Assembly (NCBI RefSeq): GCF_001194135.2
Contig: NC_068987.1
Span: forward strand, 98,431,224-98,495,223
Direction of reading: 5' to 3'
Source: Octopus bimaculoides
Lineage: Eukaryota
DNA length: 64,000 nt
Part shown: positions 38,957 through 51,750 of the stretch, one piece after another
Layout: each line of letters starts with the position of its first letter
Numbering within the stretch: position 1 is the stretch's first letter
The notes under the pieces: model-generated
Database searches by the model: none
What the model was told of the DNA's origin: nothing
Seen by the model: the letters and a program-made list of their open reading frames with translations, nothing else
Position numbers and translations under genes: made by a program

Positions 38957-39362
38957 TGGCGTAGGAGTGGCTGTGTGGTAAGTAGCTTTCTTAACAACCA
39001 CATGGTTCCGGGTTCAATCCCACTGCGTGGCACCTTGGGCAAGTGTCTTCTACTATAGCCTCGGGCCGACCAAAGCCTTGTGAGTGGATTTGGTAGGCGT
39101 CGTATATATGTATATATATATATGTATGTATGTGTGTATGTGTGTGTATATGTTTGTGTGTTTGTGTTTGTTCCCCAACATCGCTTGACAACCGATGCTG
39201 TGTGTTTACGTCCCCGTAACTTAGCGGTTCGGCAAAAGGAACCGATAGAATAAGTACTAGGCTTACAAAGAATAAGTCCTGGGGTCGATTTTCTCGACTA
39301 AAGGCGGTGCTCCAGCATGGCCGCCGTCAAATGACTGAAACAAGTAAAGGAGAGAGAGAGAG
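38957..39362 (+). mobile_element. SINE family A with small internal deletion
   Basis: Lacks the acggaaactgaaagaagcc segment; otherwise near consensus. Confidence 0.95.
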
Positions 39363-39681
39363 AGTACATATTCCTTTCATATTTCCTGTAGTTACTGCCG
39401 TTGTCTTTTTCGTATTGTTGTTGGTGTTTGTTTGTAAACGATGTTGTATTTCTTTCTTGTCCGTTATGTTGTTTTAGCCATTACTATCGTATTTGTCGCT
39501 GTTGTGGTGGTTCTGGATGTTACTGCTGTGTTTTACCAGCTGTTGTTGTTGACTTGATTATCTCCAGGTCAGTCCAGATCGAATTGTTCGATAATCAATG
39601 ACGCTCCATTTGTGGCCGTTCCGTATTTTTGCACAGCAAGTATTATATTATTAATCTGTATCTTTCTTTGGAGCGATAATT

Positions 39682-40107
39682 TACTCTTTTACTATTTTAC
39701 TCGTTTCAGTCATTTGACAGTGTGTGGCCATGCTGGGGCACCACCTTTAGTCGAACAAATCGACCCCAGGACTTATTCTTTGTAAGCCTAGTACTTATTC
39801 TATCGGTCTCTTTTTGCCGAACCGCTAAGTTACGGGGATGTAAACACACCAGCATCGGTTGTCAAGCGATGGTGGGNNNNNNNNNNAAACACACATACAT
39901 ATATATACATATATATATATACATATATATATATACATATATACGATGGGCTTCTTTCAGTTTCCATCTACCATATTCACTCACAAAGCTTTGGTCGGCC
40001 CGAGGCTATAGTAGAAGACACCTGCCCAAGGTGCCACGCAGTGGGACTGAACCCGGAACCATATGGTTAGTAAGCGACCTACTTACCACACAGCCATTCC
40101 TGCGCCT
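39682..40107 (-). mobile_element. SINE family A, full length
   Basis: Near-consensus reverse complement; 10-N gap at the internal microsatellite. Confidence 0.95.
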
Positions 40108-40959
40108 ATAAGAACAATTTGTCAAAATGTCTTGATGAAGACATTTTGAAGGAAATATAAGAACGACAGTATATGGACAAAATATAAATGCAGCAACTAC
40201 AATACAAATACAACATTGATTATACATAAACAGCAACAGCAATGCGAAAACACAACGGCTGTAACTACAAGGAAAATCAAAGGAAAATATAAGAACGACA
40301 ACGTTGACTCCACAACAAATACAATAAAAATAGAACATGAGTGTCTACAACAGAAAGATTAAGAACAACAGTGACTTAACAACAACGCTGACTACACAAT
40401 AACAAAGAATACAATAAAATTACACAAGAAAAATCAGATCGGTAATTACAGCAAAGACATTAATAACATCAATAACAAAAATAATTCTATGAAGTTCAGA
40501 ACAAGAAAAAAAAACAACACAGTAATAGCAACAGCGACAGCAGCAACAGCAGCGGCTGTAGCAGCAGCAACAGCAGAAGCAGGGGAATTATAAAAATATG
40601 ACTCCGACAGACATAATCAATGAGCTGACCCTTTCAAAGTTGGGGCTGCAGACGTGTGGTGGGACTATATTAGCAAAGGTCAAAAATCCTCAGAGAACGA
40701 AAAGGGTGTAAGGAAGAAAAAAACACAAAAGGTCAGAAAACGCCTTAGAACCGAGGCGGGGATGGGAACCTAGGTGGGAAGGAAGAGAAAAATGAAGGGT
40801 TAACTGGGGTTTATTTGGTGTATATTGGGTTTTTCTCTTTAAAACAAAAACAAAAAACAAAAAAAATACATAAATATTTTCAAAAATAAAACAAGGGTTA
40901 TAAATGGAATCAGACCGACCGTAAACAAAGATAACTGGGGCCATACATTCTAGATCATC

Positions 40960-40993
40960 GTTGTTGTTATTGTCGTCGTCGTCACGTCGTCGA

Positions 40994-41037
<44 letters not shown>

Positions 41038-41212
41038 ACAACATCANNNNNNNNNNGTGCTCTTCCGATCTCATGTCATCATCATCATCATCATCAACAA
41101 CATCATCATCATCATCATCATCATCATCAACATCATCATCGTTACCGTCGTCGTTATTATCATCACCGTCTTCATCAACGTTTTCACCTTCGTCATCATT
41201 ATCGTCGTCGTC

Positions 41213-41244
<32 letters not shown>

Positions 41245-41481
41245 CACCATCCTCCTCCTCCTCCTCATCATCATCATTATCGTTACCGTCGTCGTTATTA
41301 ACATCATCATCTAGGTAATCATCACCGTCTTCATCACCGTCTTCACCTCCGTCATCCTTATCGTCATCATCATCATCATCGTCATCATAATCATCACCGT
41401 CTTCATCACCGTCTTCATCACCGTCTTCACCTCCGTCATCCTTATCGTCATCATCATCATCTTCACCATCATCATCGTCAC

Positions 41482-41518
<37 letters not shown>

Positions 41519-41700
41519 TACGTGATCATCACCGTCTTCATCACCGTCTTCATCACCGTCTTCACCACCGTCTTCACCTCCGTCATCCTTATCGTCATCG
41601 TCATCCTTATCGTCATCGTCATCATCAGCATCATCATCATCATCATCATCATGAAAATCATTGACGACGTCGTCGTCATCATTATTACCTTCGACACCTT
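40960..41700. repeat. (CAT)n-derived microsatellite/minisatellite with higher-order units
   Basis: Seen directly; 12-mer ATCACCGTCTTC repeated in blocks. Confidence 0.95.
41057..41071 (+). other. Illumina adapter remnant GTGCTCTTCCGATCT at contig edge
   Basis: 15-nt exact match to the TruSeq read-primer 3' end, directly after an N-gap. Confidence 0.9.
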
Positions 41701-42251
41701 TTTTCTCTCTCTACTTTCCCATCGACGTCATCATTTCCTCCTACCCTACTTCCCCACAATTCTGTCCTCCTCCGCTTCTTTGATTCTATTCTTTATCTTT
41801 TAATATATTTTCTCTCCTCTCTTTTGTTAATTTATTTATAAACTAATTTTCGTCAGTAATTTTCACGCCGGTGTTAGATAATATTTTAATTGTTATAGAA
41901 CTTTTCAAACTCGAGAGAAATTGAGGAATTTCCATACAAAAGAAAGTCGAAGTTATGTGGAGCGTTACTATATTAAACTAATATTGATATTTAATTTAGT
42001 TTAATAGTTTCAATCAGTAAAAGAAAATGAATAAACGGAAATTTATAAAATAGGAAACAAGACTACAAAACATTGGTGATTAGGAGAGGGGTGGGGTGGA
42101 GTGACGAATAACTACCATAATAGTAAGAACAGTCATAATATCTAATATTATTCGTTACAATAAAAACTAAACTGAAGTTGGTGTTGATGATGACGACGAT
42201 GATGATGATTATGGTGATGATGATGATGATGATGATGATGGTCGTTACCAC

Positions 42252-42410
42252 TATAGGCGCAAGCCCTGAGATTTTTTGGGGGAAGGGGAATAGTCGATTG
42301 CGTGGACCCCTGTATTCTACTATTGCTTATTTTATAGATCCCGACGGGATGAAAAGCAAAGTCGACCTTTGCAGAATTTGAACTCGGAAACTGAAGAAGG
42401 ACGAAATTGA
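42252..42410 (-). mobile_element. SINE family B (head truncated)
   Basis: ataggcgcaagccctgagatttt...aaagtcgacc...gaatttgaactc. Confidence 0.8.
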
Positions 42411-42459
42411 ACATCAATAACAATACTTACCCCATATACATATGTATATATATATGTGG

Positions 42460-42491
<32 letters not shown>

Positions 42492-43394
42492 NNNNNNNNN
42501 NNNNNNNNNNNNNNNNNNNNNNNNNNNNNNNNNNNNNNNNNNNNNNNNNNNNNNNNNNNNNNNNNNNNNNNNNNNNNNNNNNNNNNNNNNNNNNNNNNNN
42601 NNNNNNNNNNNNNNNNNNNNNNNNNNNNNNNNNNNNNNNNNNNNNNNNNNNNNNNNNNNNNNNNNNNNNNNNNNNNNNNNNNNNNNNNNNNNNNNNNNNN
42701 NNNNNNNNNNNNNNNNNNNNNNNNNNNNNNNNNNNNNNNNNNNNNNNNNNNNNNNNNNNNNNNNNNNNNNNNNNNNNNNNNNNNNNNNNNNNNNNNNNNN
42801 NNNNNNNNNNNNNNNNNNNNNNNNNNNNNNNNNNNNNNNNNNNNNNNNNNNNNNNNNNNNNNNNNNNNNNNNNNNNNNNNNNNNNNNNNNNNNNNNNNNN
42901 NNNNNNNNNNNNNNNNNNNNNNNNNNNNNNNNNNNNNNNNNNNNNNNNNNNNNNNNNNNNNNNNNNNNNNNNNNNNNNNNNNNNNNNNNNNNNNNNNNNN
43001 NNNNNNNNNNNNNNNNNNNNNNNNNNNNNNNNNNNNNNNNNNNNNNNNNNNNNNNNNNNNNNNNNNNNNNNNNNNNNNNNNNNNNNNNNNNNNNNNNNNN
43101 NNNNNNNNNNNNNNNNNNNNNNNNNNNNNNNNNNNNNNNNNNNNNNNNNNNNNNNNNNNNNNNNNNNNNNNNNNNNNNNNNNNNNNNNNNNNNNNNNNNN
43201 NNNNNNNNNNNNNNNNNNNNNNNNNNNNNNNNNNNNNNNNNNNNNNNNNNNNNNNNNNNNNNNNNNNNNNNNNNNNNNNNNNNNNNNNNNNNNNNNNNNN
43301 NNNNNNNNNNNNNNNNNNNNNNNNNNNNNNNNNNNNNNNNNNNNNNTTATTACTAATTGATGATTCCCTGCCCTGCATATCTATATATATATAT

Positions 43395-43580
43395 ATATAG
43401 GAGATATACTTGCATAGCAAGTGACCTGATCTGAGATCGTGTGCTGGAACGAAAACAATTGCAGCGTGGAAGGTGTTTATAAGCCATTTAAAATAACACA
43501 CAAAAACCGTTAGATTCACTTCAAATACATCTTGTCAAAATATTTTCCTCGCTTTCAAACCGCGATCTGTTCCGTGCTGC
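43395..43580 (-). mobile_element. Possible PLE-type pseudo-LTR relic
   Basis: Minus strand: hairpin tcgc..gcga, then GAAA, then palindromic AATATT, then ~150 nt ending in (TA)n, the same layout as the other pLTR copies. Confidence 0.3.
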
Positions 43581-44349
43581 ACCTCTTATATATACATAGT
43601 TTTAAGATGGTGAATCTCGAACAAATAAGCTTAAATTCATAGGTTGTACATTATGGGTTAAAAGCACATAGTATAGATAGTGTGGAACGCTAGCTCCTCT
43701 AAAACGTCAGGCATTCTACCACTGGACTATTGGTCCAATGGAATCATTCGAATTTATCGATTCATTTTAGAGACTTTATTCTTGCCAACTGAGAACAATA
43801 CCCCACTATAGACACACACACATACACACATATATATTCACACATATACATACATATATACACATATGTATACACACATATATACATATGTACAGCCTTA
43901 TATATGCATGAGTGTGTGAAAAATCAGAGTTAGACAATCTTACCACTTAACATATAGTTAAATGCTAAAACAATTTCAAGTGCTCCGGTAGCAGTTAATA
44001 AACAGATTGCGTTTAGTATATACAGGACAAGCGAGTATTACAGTCTCAGAATGTTCGATCGGGGAATTTAAATGAGTAATGATACATTATTCCCTGTGCA
44101 TATTAGTATGATGTCCAAAATATGTAGGTAGGTGGGTGTTTGGATTCTAAGATCATTCAGTAGGGAACGGAGAACATTACTTTATAGCCCCTGTGCTCCT
44201 GTTTCCAATTATGATCTCCACATAGCGTAAAAATAACGGTCGGACTCGAAGTAAACCAGTGCTGTTACATTAAGAAGATTGCTTAAGTGTATGTTGAATG
44301 CACTGCATTTGTAATTGAAAAGGTATGCAAAATATATCTGAGAGTTCCG

Positions 44350-44560
44350 TTAAGGGAGCATCTGTCTTGAAGGATATTGCGAAAGGCCTGGCTGGAAACC
44401 CAACATTTCGTGTTCGGTTATAGGGCTTAGAAAAACTAAAGGAGCGCTGCAATAAACGTGTGAATCTGAAAGGGAAGTGTGTTGGATAAAGTCATAATTT
44501 ACTGATCCTCCTGTATTTTCTTTTACTCCAAACCAGGAAAGTTTCAGCACCCGCGAAGTA
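44350..44560 (+). mobile_element. Mariner 3' fragment with right TIR
   Basis: GLEKLKERCNKRVNLKGKCVG* (cf. GIxKLxxRWxKCVxxxGxYVE*); terminus resembles the reverse complement of the 6526 TIR and ends in TA. Confidence 0.8.
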
Positions 44561-44569
44561 TATATGTGT

Positions 44570-44649
44570 GTTGTGAGCTTTGTATGTGCATGTTTGTGCT
44601 TTGTGTGTGTGCTTTGTGTGTGTGCTTTGTGTGTGCTTTGTGTGTGTGC

Positions 44650-44710
<61 letters not shown>
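44570..44710. repeat. (TG)nCTT minisatellite grading into (TG)n
   Basis: Seen directly. Confidence 0.95.
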
Positions 44711-44714
<4 letters not shown>

Positions 44715-45497
44715 AATACAGAGTGATTAAGCAGTTACTTTGTTTGAAATGGAATATTCATTCTTAATTTCGAGACATACGCGAGATCTATTAACAATTT
44801 GTTATTAATATTAAATCTCACTAAAATTAAGGTGTCAGCTACTGACGTTAACATATCATCCAGGTGTAAGCTGCTTGCTTTGTTCATACTAAATCATCTG
44901 GATTATTTTAGCTTTCTAATAAAGTCAGAATAAGGAGTCTAATTATTCTGAAGGACTTTCCGTAATTGAAATAATCATGACGTTAAATCTGAACAAAACT
45001 CTGTAGAATCGTGTTTGGTGCCAATTAACTGCACATAGTCAGCAGAGTAGAAGTGAGATTCAGGTATAATTTAAAATTCGACAATATTTATTTTTAGACT
45101 ATTTCATTTCATGTAAGAGATTAAATTTCTTCAGAAAAGTATGGTGGCGGTGATTGTTCACAAATTACAGGGAGCTTCATTGACAACAGACAATGGACGT
45201 GTTTTGAAGACACATTCGTAACATATACATTAATGTATACATGCACTGCATACACCCACACACTCATTACATGTTTATGTGTGTTTGTGTGTATGTGTGT
45301 ATGTGTGTGTGTTTGTTGTGTGTGTGTCTGTGTGTCTGTGTACATTCTATTACTTTTAGTCGGCAGAAACTTGTAAACGTGGACCAAGTGCTGAGAGTTT
45401 CGTTCACGGCATTATAAGTGGTATGATACACAAAACCTTTAGTCTTGGAGCACTTTTCGTACATTACTGCTGATAAAAAAAAACAAAACAAACAAAT

Positions 45498-45577
45498 GGG
45501 TTCGGTTCCCAACTCGCAATTTATCGGATGCAGCTCTGCATCATTAACCAGCTAGAGGTGATGTCCTCTTGGGGTTA
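45498..45577 (+). mobile_element. Solo copy of the terminus of the 24.1-24.7 kb composite repeat
   Basis: gggttcg...ctcgcaat.tatcggatgca...ccagctagagg..atgtcctcttggggtta. Confidence 0.8.
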
Positions 45578-45829
45578 TACATATTATATACTAGTGTATT
45601 GAATTTCATTTCTTCCTTTAGTTGAAATATGTGAGTGTGCTTTTACACGTTATGTGAGTTTGTATACGGCAAAGTCGAAATAGCGTCCAATCGAAAGTCT
45701 TATAGCATTATCTTCAGTTCCCTGTCGTTTGGTTAAATTTCGCAACAAGATCAATCTTGGCTTTTGGCCTTCTGTTATCGTTAATTAAAAGTATCAGTTC
45801 AATACTGAAATCAGTTCTCCTGTCTCCCT

Positions 45830-46144
45830 AATTTAACTCCTCCTCTTCTTTCTCCTCTTCCTCCTCCACTTTTTCTCCTCTCCTCCTCTGTTTCCTCTTC
45901 TGTCGCCTCTTTCTCTTCTTTTTCCCATCTTCTTTCTCCTCTTCTTCGTCTTCTTACTCCTCTTTCTTTTCCTCTTTTTTCGCTTCTTTCTTCTCTTCTT
46001 TCTCCTCTTTTTTCTCCTCTCCTTTCTTCTCTTCTTTCTCCTCCTCTTCTTCCTCCTCTCTTTCTACACTTCTTCCTCCTCTTTCTTCTCCTCTTTTTCT
46101 CCTCTCCTTTGTCCTTTTCTTTCTTCTCCTCTTTTTCTCCTATT
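45830..46144. repeat. Polypyrimidine (TC/TTC/CTT) low-complexity tract
   Basis: Seen directly. Confidence 0.95.
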
Positions 46145-46531
46145 NNNNNNNNNNNNNNNNNNNNNNNNNNNNNNNNNNNNNNNNNNNNNNNNNNNNNNNN
46201 NNNNNNNNNNNNNNNNNNNNNNNNNNNNNNNNNNNNNNNNNNNNNNNNNNNNNNNNNNNNNNNNNNNNNNNNNNNNNNNNNNNNNNNNNNNNNNNNNNNN
46301 NNNNNNNNNNNNNNNNNNNNNNNNNNNNNNNNNNNNNNNNNNNNNNNNNNNNNNNNNNNNNNNNNNNNNNNNNNNNNNNNNNNNNNNNNNNNNNNNNNNN
46401 NNNNNNNNNNNNNNNNNNNNNNNNNNNNNNNNNNNNNNNNNNNNNNNNNNNNNNNNNNNNNNNNNNNNNNNNNNNNNNNNNNNNNNNNNNNNNNNNNNNN
46501 NNNNNNNNNNNNNTTCTTCCAATATATTGAC

Positions 46532-46565
<34 letters not shown>

Positions 46566-47069
46566 GAAGAAATCGGTCCTTCAGAGTGATCCGTGTTACT
46601 AGGTTCAATTTCTCCAAGACACTCCGTACGTCACGACATCTCCCCCCCCGCCCCCTGTGACTTCCTCAGAATTTGAAAGCCTACCACCATCACCACTAAT
46701 ACTAGTACCGTCAGCAAATACGTGAATATCAAGGGCTGAAGAATGATGAAGCCAAAACCTATCACGTAGAATGTAAACGAGAATATTTTTGTTACAATTC
46801 GCCATTGTAAGAAATTAAGAAATAATTAACGAACAAAGGACGAAATCTATGCTATTATGCTATAACTTTGAATAGTACGGAAATCATACTCTTGCTTTTA
46901 GCTTGTTTTGAGCAGCTTCGATAATCTTTGATTAGTAATTCTTTTTACGTATAAGTATGTATGTAAATATGTATATACATGTTATATTCAACATGCACTA
47001 ACATAAGCACAACTATGTGTATATACGTTTGTGTATAGCGTATGCATATATACATACATTCGTATACAT

Positions 47070-47134
<65 letters not shown>

Positions 47135-47230
47135 CTAACTTCCTGTACCCGGATATGCATCTATATATACATGTAGATGTAGGTATGTACATATATGTAT
47201 GTATACATGCATATACTTATATATCATTTG

Positions 47231-47261
<31 letters not shown>

Positions 47262-47888
47262 AGTACTTAAGACTAATACAATGCGCCTGTGTGTCTCTAT
47301 GTGTATATATAACCAATAATATATAGTATATGTGTTTGTGTGTGTGTGTCTCTGTTCGCAAATATGTAATTAAATATATGCGCAAGAATAGTTCTATTTG
47401 CACACTTAAAACACGTCTAAGCAAATCGCTACACATCTGCGTATTTATACACACACAGAGACACGCACAGACAAACACACACTCACATATACACACACAC
47501 GACCGTGCATACAGACATATACATATACATACATACAGAGGCATATCCACAATAGAGACAAAAACATACCAGCATACGCATAAATACCTATAATTCATTC
47601 ACGTTTCAGCTATGCAGACCTTATAATTAGTCAAACCAATTAATTTCATTTCATTTGTCTGGCGTGTACTTTTTTTAGTATATATATATGTGTGTGTACG
47701 TTTGCTGTTATATGTGTATGGTTGTCTGTAAATACCTCTCGTTTAAGCATGTTCATACAATTATTCACTTCACTTTGTCTCTAAAACAAATCCGCTTTTA
47801 TTTATGCAAAGAAACAGACTCACACTCACACACGTGTTTAGATACCTACATTCTTACATACGAGTGCGTGTACACACACACACAAATA

Positions 47889-47937
<49 letters not shown>

Positions 47938-49068
47938 GTGCGTTTGTATTTGTACATTAAAGAAAAGTGAACTCAGAAGTACCACAAAGTGGCCATGGCA
48001 TATACATAAACAACATGTAACTAGAACAGATGTGAGAAGTATTTATTTTGAATGGAGGACTCAATATACAATTATTTAGAGGATATACATTATTGCGAAA
48101 ATAGGTGAATCGAGGGACAAATCTCTCTCTCTCTCTCTCTGNNNNNNNNNNNNNNNNNNNNNNNNNNNNNNNNNNNNNNNNNNNNNNNNNNNNNNNNNNN
48201 NNNNNNNNNNNNNNNNNNNNNNNNNNNNNNNNNNNNNNNNNNNNNNNNNNNNNNNNNNNNNNNNNNNNNNNNNNNNNNNNNNNNNNNNNNNNNNNNNNNN
48301 NNNNNNNNNNNNNNNNNNNNNNNNNNNNATATGTATATATGTATATATATAGAAAGCTCCATGCTAATTTAACTTTATGCGGTATTCGCTGTTAGCTTGT
48401 GCGCAGGCTATGTGGGAAGACAGAATAAAGGGGCTTTTTTGTTACCTTATCTCTCCGAAAAAAATAGCTCTCTTTGCGGTTGAATAAAATAAACTCGCAG
48501 AGAGGAAGTTCTAACGTCATCCTTAAATTTTCTTACACCATTTATGTGGCTGCTTCTGACAAGAAATTTCGCTTTCATGTAAAACAGCTATATTTTATAC
48601 TCATTATCCGTAATCTACTCCCCAAACTCTTTAGTAGATCTACTTTGCATCGCTTGCAAACTTATATGTTCTATGATCATTAAAATGTAATGACCTCCAC
48701 AGTAACCAGCCTTCAATTCCATTTGCTGTTCCTAGGTTAATCGGAAATATACATCGCCGTGCTACTCATAAACCTTCTAGGTAGTTCAATTAATTGGTGA
48801 AAAAAATACCACCAAGGTAGCTTAAACCGTCCAATGGACGGCTGCATTTGCTAGTATATATATATACGTCATATCTATATGTATTTATCCAAATTTATAT
48901 ATTTATACACACGCATACACATACAAACACAAACACATACACACATTCAATTAATGAATGACAACAAATAAACAGAGATCACATAATGACCTTCATTAGC
49001 TTACAGCTGTTTTGGCTATAAGCAATGCTCTCAGAGCTGAGTTCTTTTAACATTCATTAATTAACACT

Positions 49069-49483
49069 GGATGCGCAATGGCCCAGTGGTTAGGGCAGCG
49101 GACTTACGGTCATAGGATCGCAGTTTCGATTCCCAGACCGGGTGTTGTGAGTGCTTATTGAGCGAAAACACCTAAAGCTCCACGAGGCTCCGGCAGGGGA
49201 TGGTGGCGAACCCTGCTTTACTCTTCCACCACAACTTTCTCTCACTGTTACTTTCTGNNNNNNNNNNTCTCACTGTTACTTTCTGTTTCTGTTGTGCCTG
49301 TAATTCAAAGGGTCAGCCTTGTCACGCTGTGTCACGCTGAATATCCCCGAGAACTACGTTAAGGGTACACGTGTCTGTGGAGTGCTCAGCCACTTGCACA
49401 TAATTTCACGAGCAGGCCGTTCCGTTGATCGGATCAACTGGAACCCTCAACGTCGTAAGCGACGGAGTGCCACCAACAACAAA
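49069..49483 (+). mobile_element. tRNA-derived SINE, full length, (CAA)n tail
   Basis: A box TGGCCCAGTGG at 49079, B box GTTTCGATTCC at 49123; tail shared with the 5682 element. Confidence 0.9.
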
Positions 49484-49590
49484 TTAACATTACCTTTAGT
49501 ATTCTCCTAGGAATTTACTCAAAAGCATAAGTAGTTCGAACAAATGGTTATTAGTATCACTATGCTTAAGCGAAATCATGTCACACAGCG

Positions 49591-49640
49591 CGCACACACC
49601 GCGCATGCGCACACACCGCGCATGCGCACACACACCGTGT
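49591..49640. repeat. 17-bp minisatellite CGCACACACCGCGCATG (~2.7 copies)
   Basis: Two exact units at 49591 and 49608, then a partial unit. Confidence 0.9.
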
Positions 49641-50074
49641 ACGAGAGATATTTGAGAGCATATTTGGTAATTTAATTAAATAACTTCGTGAAGTATGCGA
49701 TACCATTGCTTCGCATTATCATCATTTCCAGGACCAGGACATTCATCAGTTTGAAAACAGGCGTTCCTTAAAAATTCACTTCTGTTTACGGTCTCAATGA
49801 AATTTAGAAAAGGAAATTTAATCTCATAAACCTCGACTTCATAACCATTCAGTGTGTGTAAACACGTTTTTTGTAAAACCCTGTATATGACTGCATATGT
49901 TCGTATGCATATATTATATTACACAGACATTCAAAAGTACTGCGATTTCGATGTTTCAAGTGAACATATTTCTTTTATATATCGAGTCCCATATTTTTAT
50001 ATTCCTGTTAATATTGCTTTCAGTGAATGTTCTCAGCTGTTATATTCTTTTTAAAGACTCTAATTTCAGTCACA

Positions 50075-50118
<44 letters not shown>

Positions 50119-50599
50119 TGTTTGTATACGCACACATACACGCATATATAAATCTGTCTATCTATCTATCTATATATATAGCTATATATGTGTGTGTGTG
50201 TGCGTGTATATATATATATAGTTATACATACACACACGCATGCATACATATATGTCCATTTGTTTCTGCGGTTATGTATGTCTTATACCCGTTTTTTTTT
50301 TTCATTTTTATTTTATCCTCTGCACGTGTGTTGCTGTGTCTATATGTTTTAGTCTGAATACGTTCAGGAAATTAATGTTGTCAGGTCAGCTGTGTGTTTC
50401 TCCAATGTTGTTGTGGCGAAATTGCCGAATTCTATTGGGAAATAAAAGCTAAATGGTGTGGTGAGGTAAAGACAGGTTAGAAGAGAGGAACATTATTGCT
50501 GTGGTTGGTGAGTACTTGATATTCTATTGAGCAGCTGCTAGTATAGCAATGAATGGCCATTCTTAGAACAAGAACAGTCATGAACATCTCAGAGCATTT

Positions 50600-51310
50600 G
50601 CAAGAAAATGTGATTTAGATGTTTATGATGATGATGCTGGTTGTAGAGATGACAGAGGAAAATGGAAATGGTATTAATGATGGTGATGTTAATTCTGATA
50701 ATATTGCAGATGGTGGTGGTTGTAGTGATAATGAAAATGCTGTTGGTGATGATGATGATGTTGATGCCGACAACAACAAGAAGGAAGACGAAGTCGGGTA
50801 GTAAGACGGGCGTGGTGGTGGTGGTGGTGATGGGGGGGCGCAAGTGGCGGTGGTGGAGAGGACGAGATGATTATGGTTGTACTGATGATGGATATGAGGT
50901 GGTCATGAGGGAGTTAGCATTTGTAAGGACGATGCGGAAGAAAAGGAGGAAGACGAAATGAGGGATTTTTGTGGTGGTGATGGTGTTGATATTGATGAGG
51001 ATGAGGAGAAGTGTGATGAAGATGATGATGTGTATGATGCTGATGGCGATAATGATGGTGGTCGCAATGACGCTGATAATGATGATGAAGTTGGTGGTAG
51101 TAATAATGATGGTAGCAAAAGTCCTGTTAGTGATGGTGTTTGTAGTGTTAATTATTATGATGATGATGATGTTGATTACCGTGATGATACTGTGATAACG
51201 ATGGTGGTGGTCACGGAGGTGATGATAATTGTGACCGTAGTAGTGAATTTTTTGTTGGTAGTGATGATGGCACTGATGTCGACGACGACGATGATGATGA
51301 TGATGATCGC
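50600..51310. repeat. Cryptic (GAT/GGT)-rich low-complexity tract
   Basis: Seen directly. Confidence 0.9.
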
Positions 51311-51429
51311 AGGAATGTTTATTAGTCAATTAAGATTGATTAATAGATCTGTGACGAAAACATTCCAGTCGTGACCATCCCTTCATTTATTTTAATATAT
51401 TGCAACTAGGATCACATTAAGGTGCGATA

Positions 51430-51750
51430 AGCTGTCTTGTCTTGCACACCAACATACAACTCAACCGAAATGATTCCTCTCTCTTTCACTCTCACTTCAA
51501 TGGTCTGACCTCGGCTGCTTGGAGTTGGACAGTCTCGAGTCACCTCTCCACACACACATACATTTCCGACCCAGGCCTCTATCCATTTCTTGTCACCTTT
51601 TTATGAGAGAGTGGACACTCATTAAGCCCTACTCGAAGCACTTCACCAAGTCTTGTTTTACTAGAACATTGTCCCCCTGGAACATCCTCCCCGTATATGG
51701 TTTTTCCTGCACTCTTTGACATGCAACTGTTCATGAGTAACGTTAATGTA
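51430..51750 (+). mobile_element. CR1/L2/Jockey-group LINE 3' fragment
   Basis: LFHSHFNGL...SKHFTKSCFTRTLSPWNILP...DMQLFMSNVN (cf. SFFPRTxxLWNxLP...DLQxFKxxVN). Confidence 0.7.

Noticed and set aside
41072-41700. About 210-codon stop-free D/E/G-rich frame on the minus strand
   Set aside because: The GAT frame of a (GAT)n-derived repeat is stop-free by construction; no start, no splice evidence, and it abuts adapter contamination.
49069-49140. tRNA gene (also the heads at 5950-6003, 10922, 11236, 12429, 38957 and 56330-56373)
   Set aside because: A and B boxes are present but there is no closed cloverleaf, and each continues into a SINE body; these are SINE heads.
50600-51374. Acidic, poly-Met and poly-His ORFs in the GAT-rich tract (likewise 36860-38100 and 42160-42250)
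   Set aside because: Low-complexity trinucleotide-derived DNA with no domain-like sequence.
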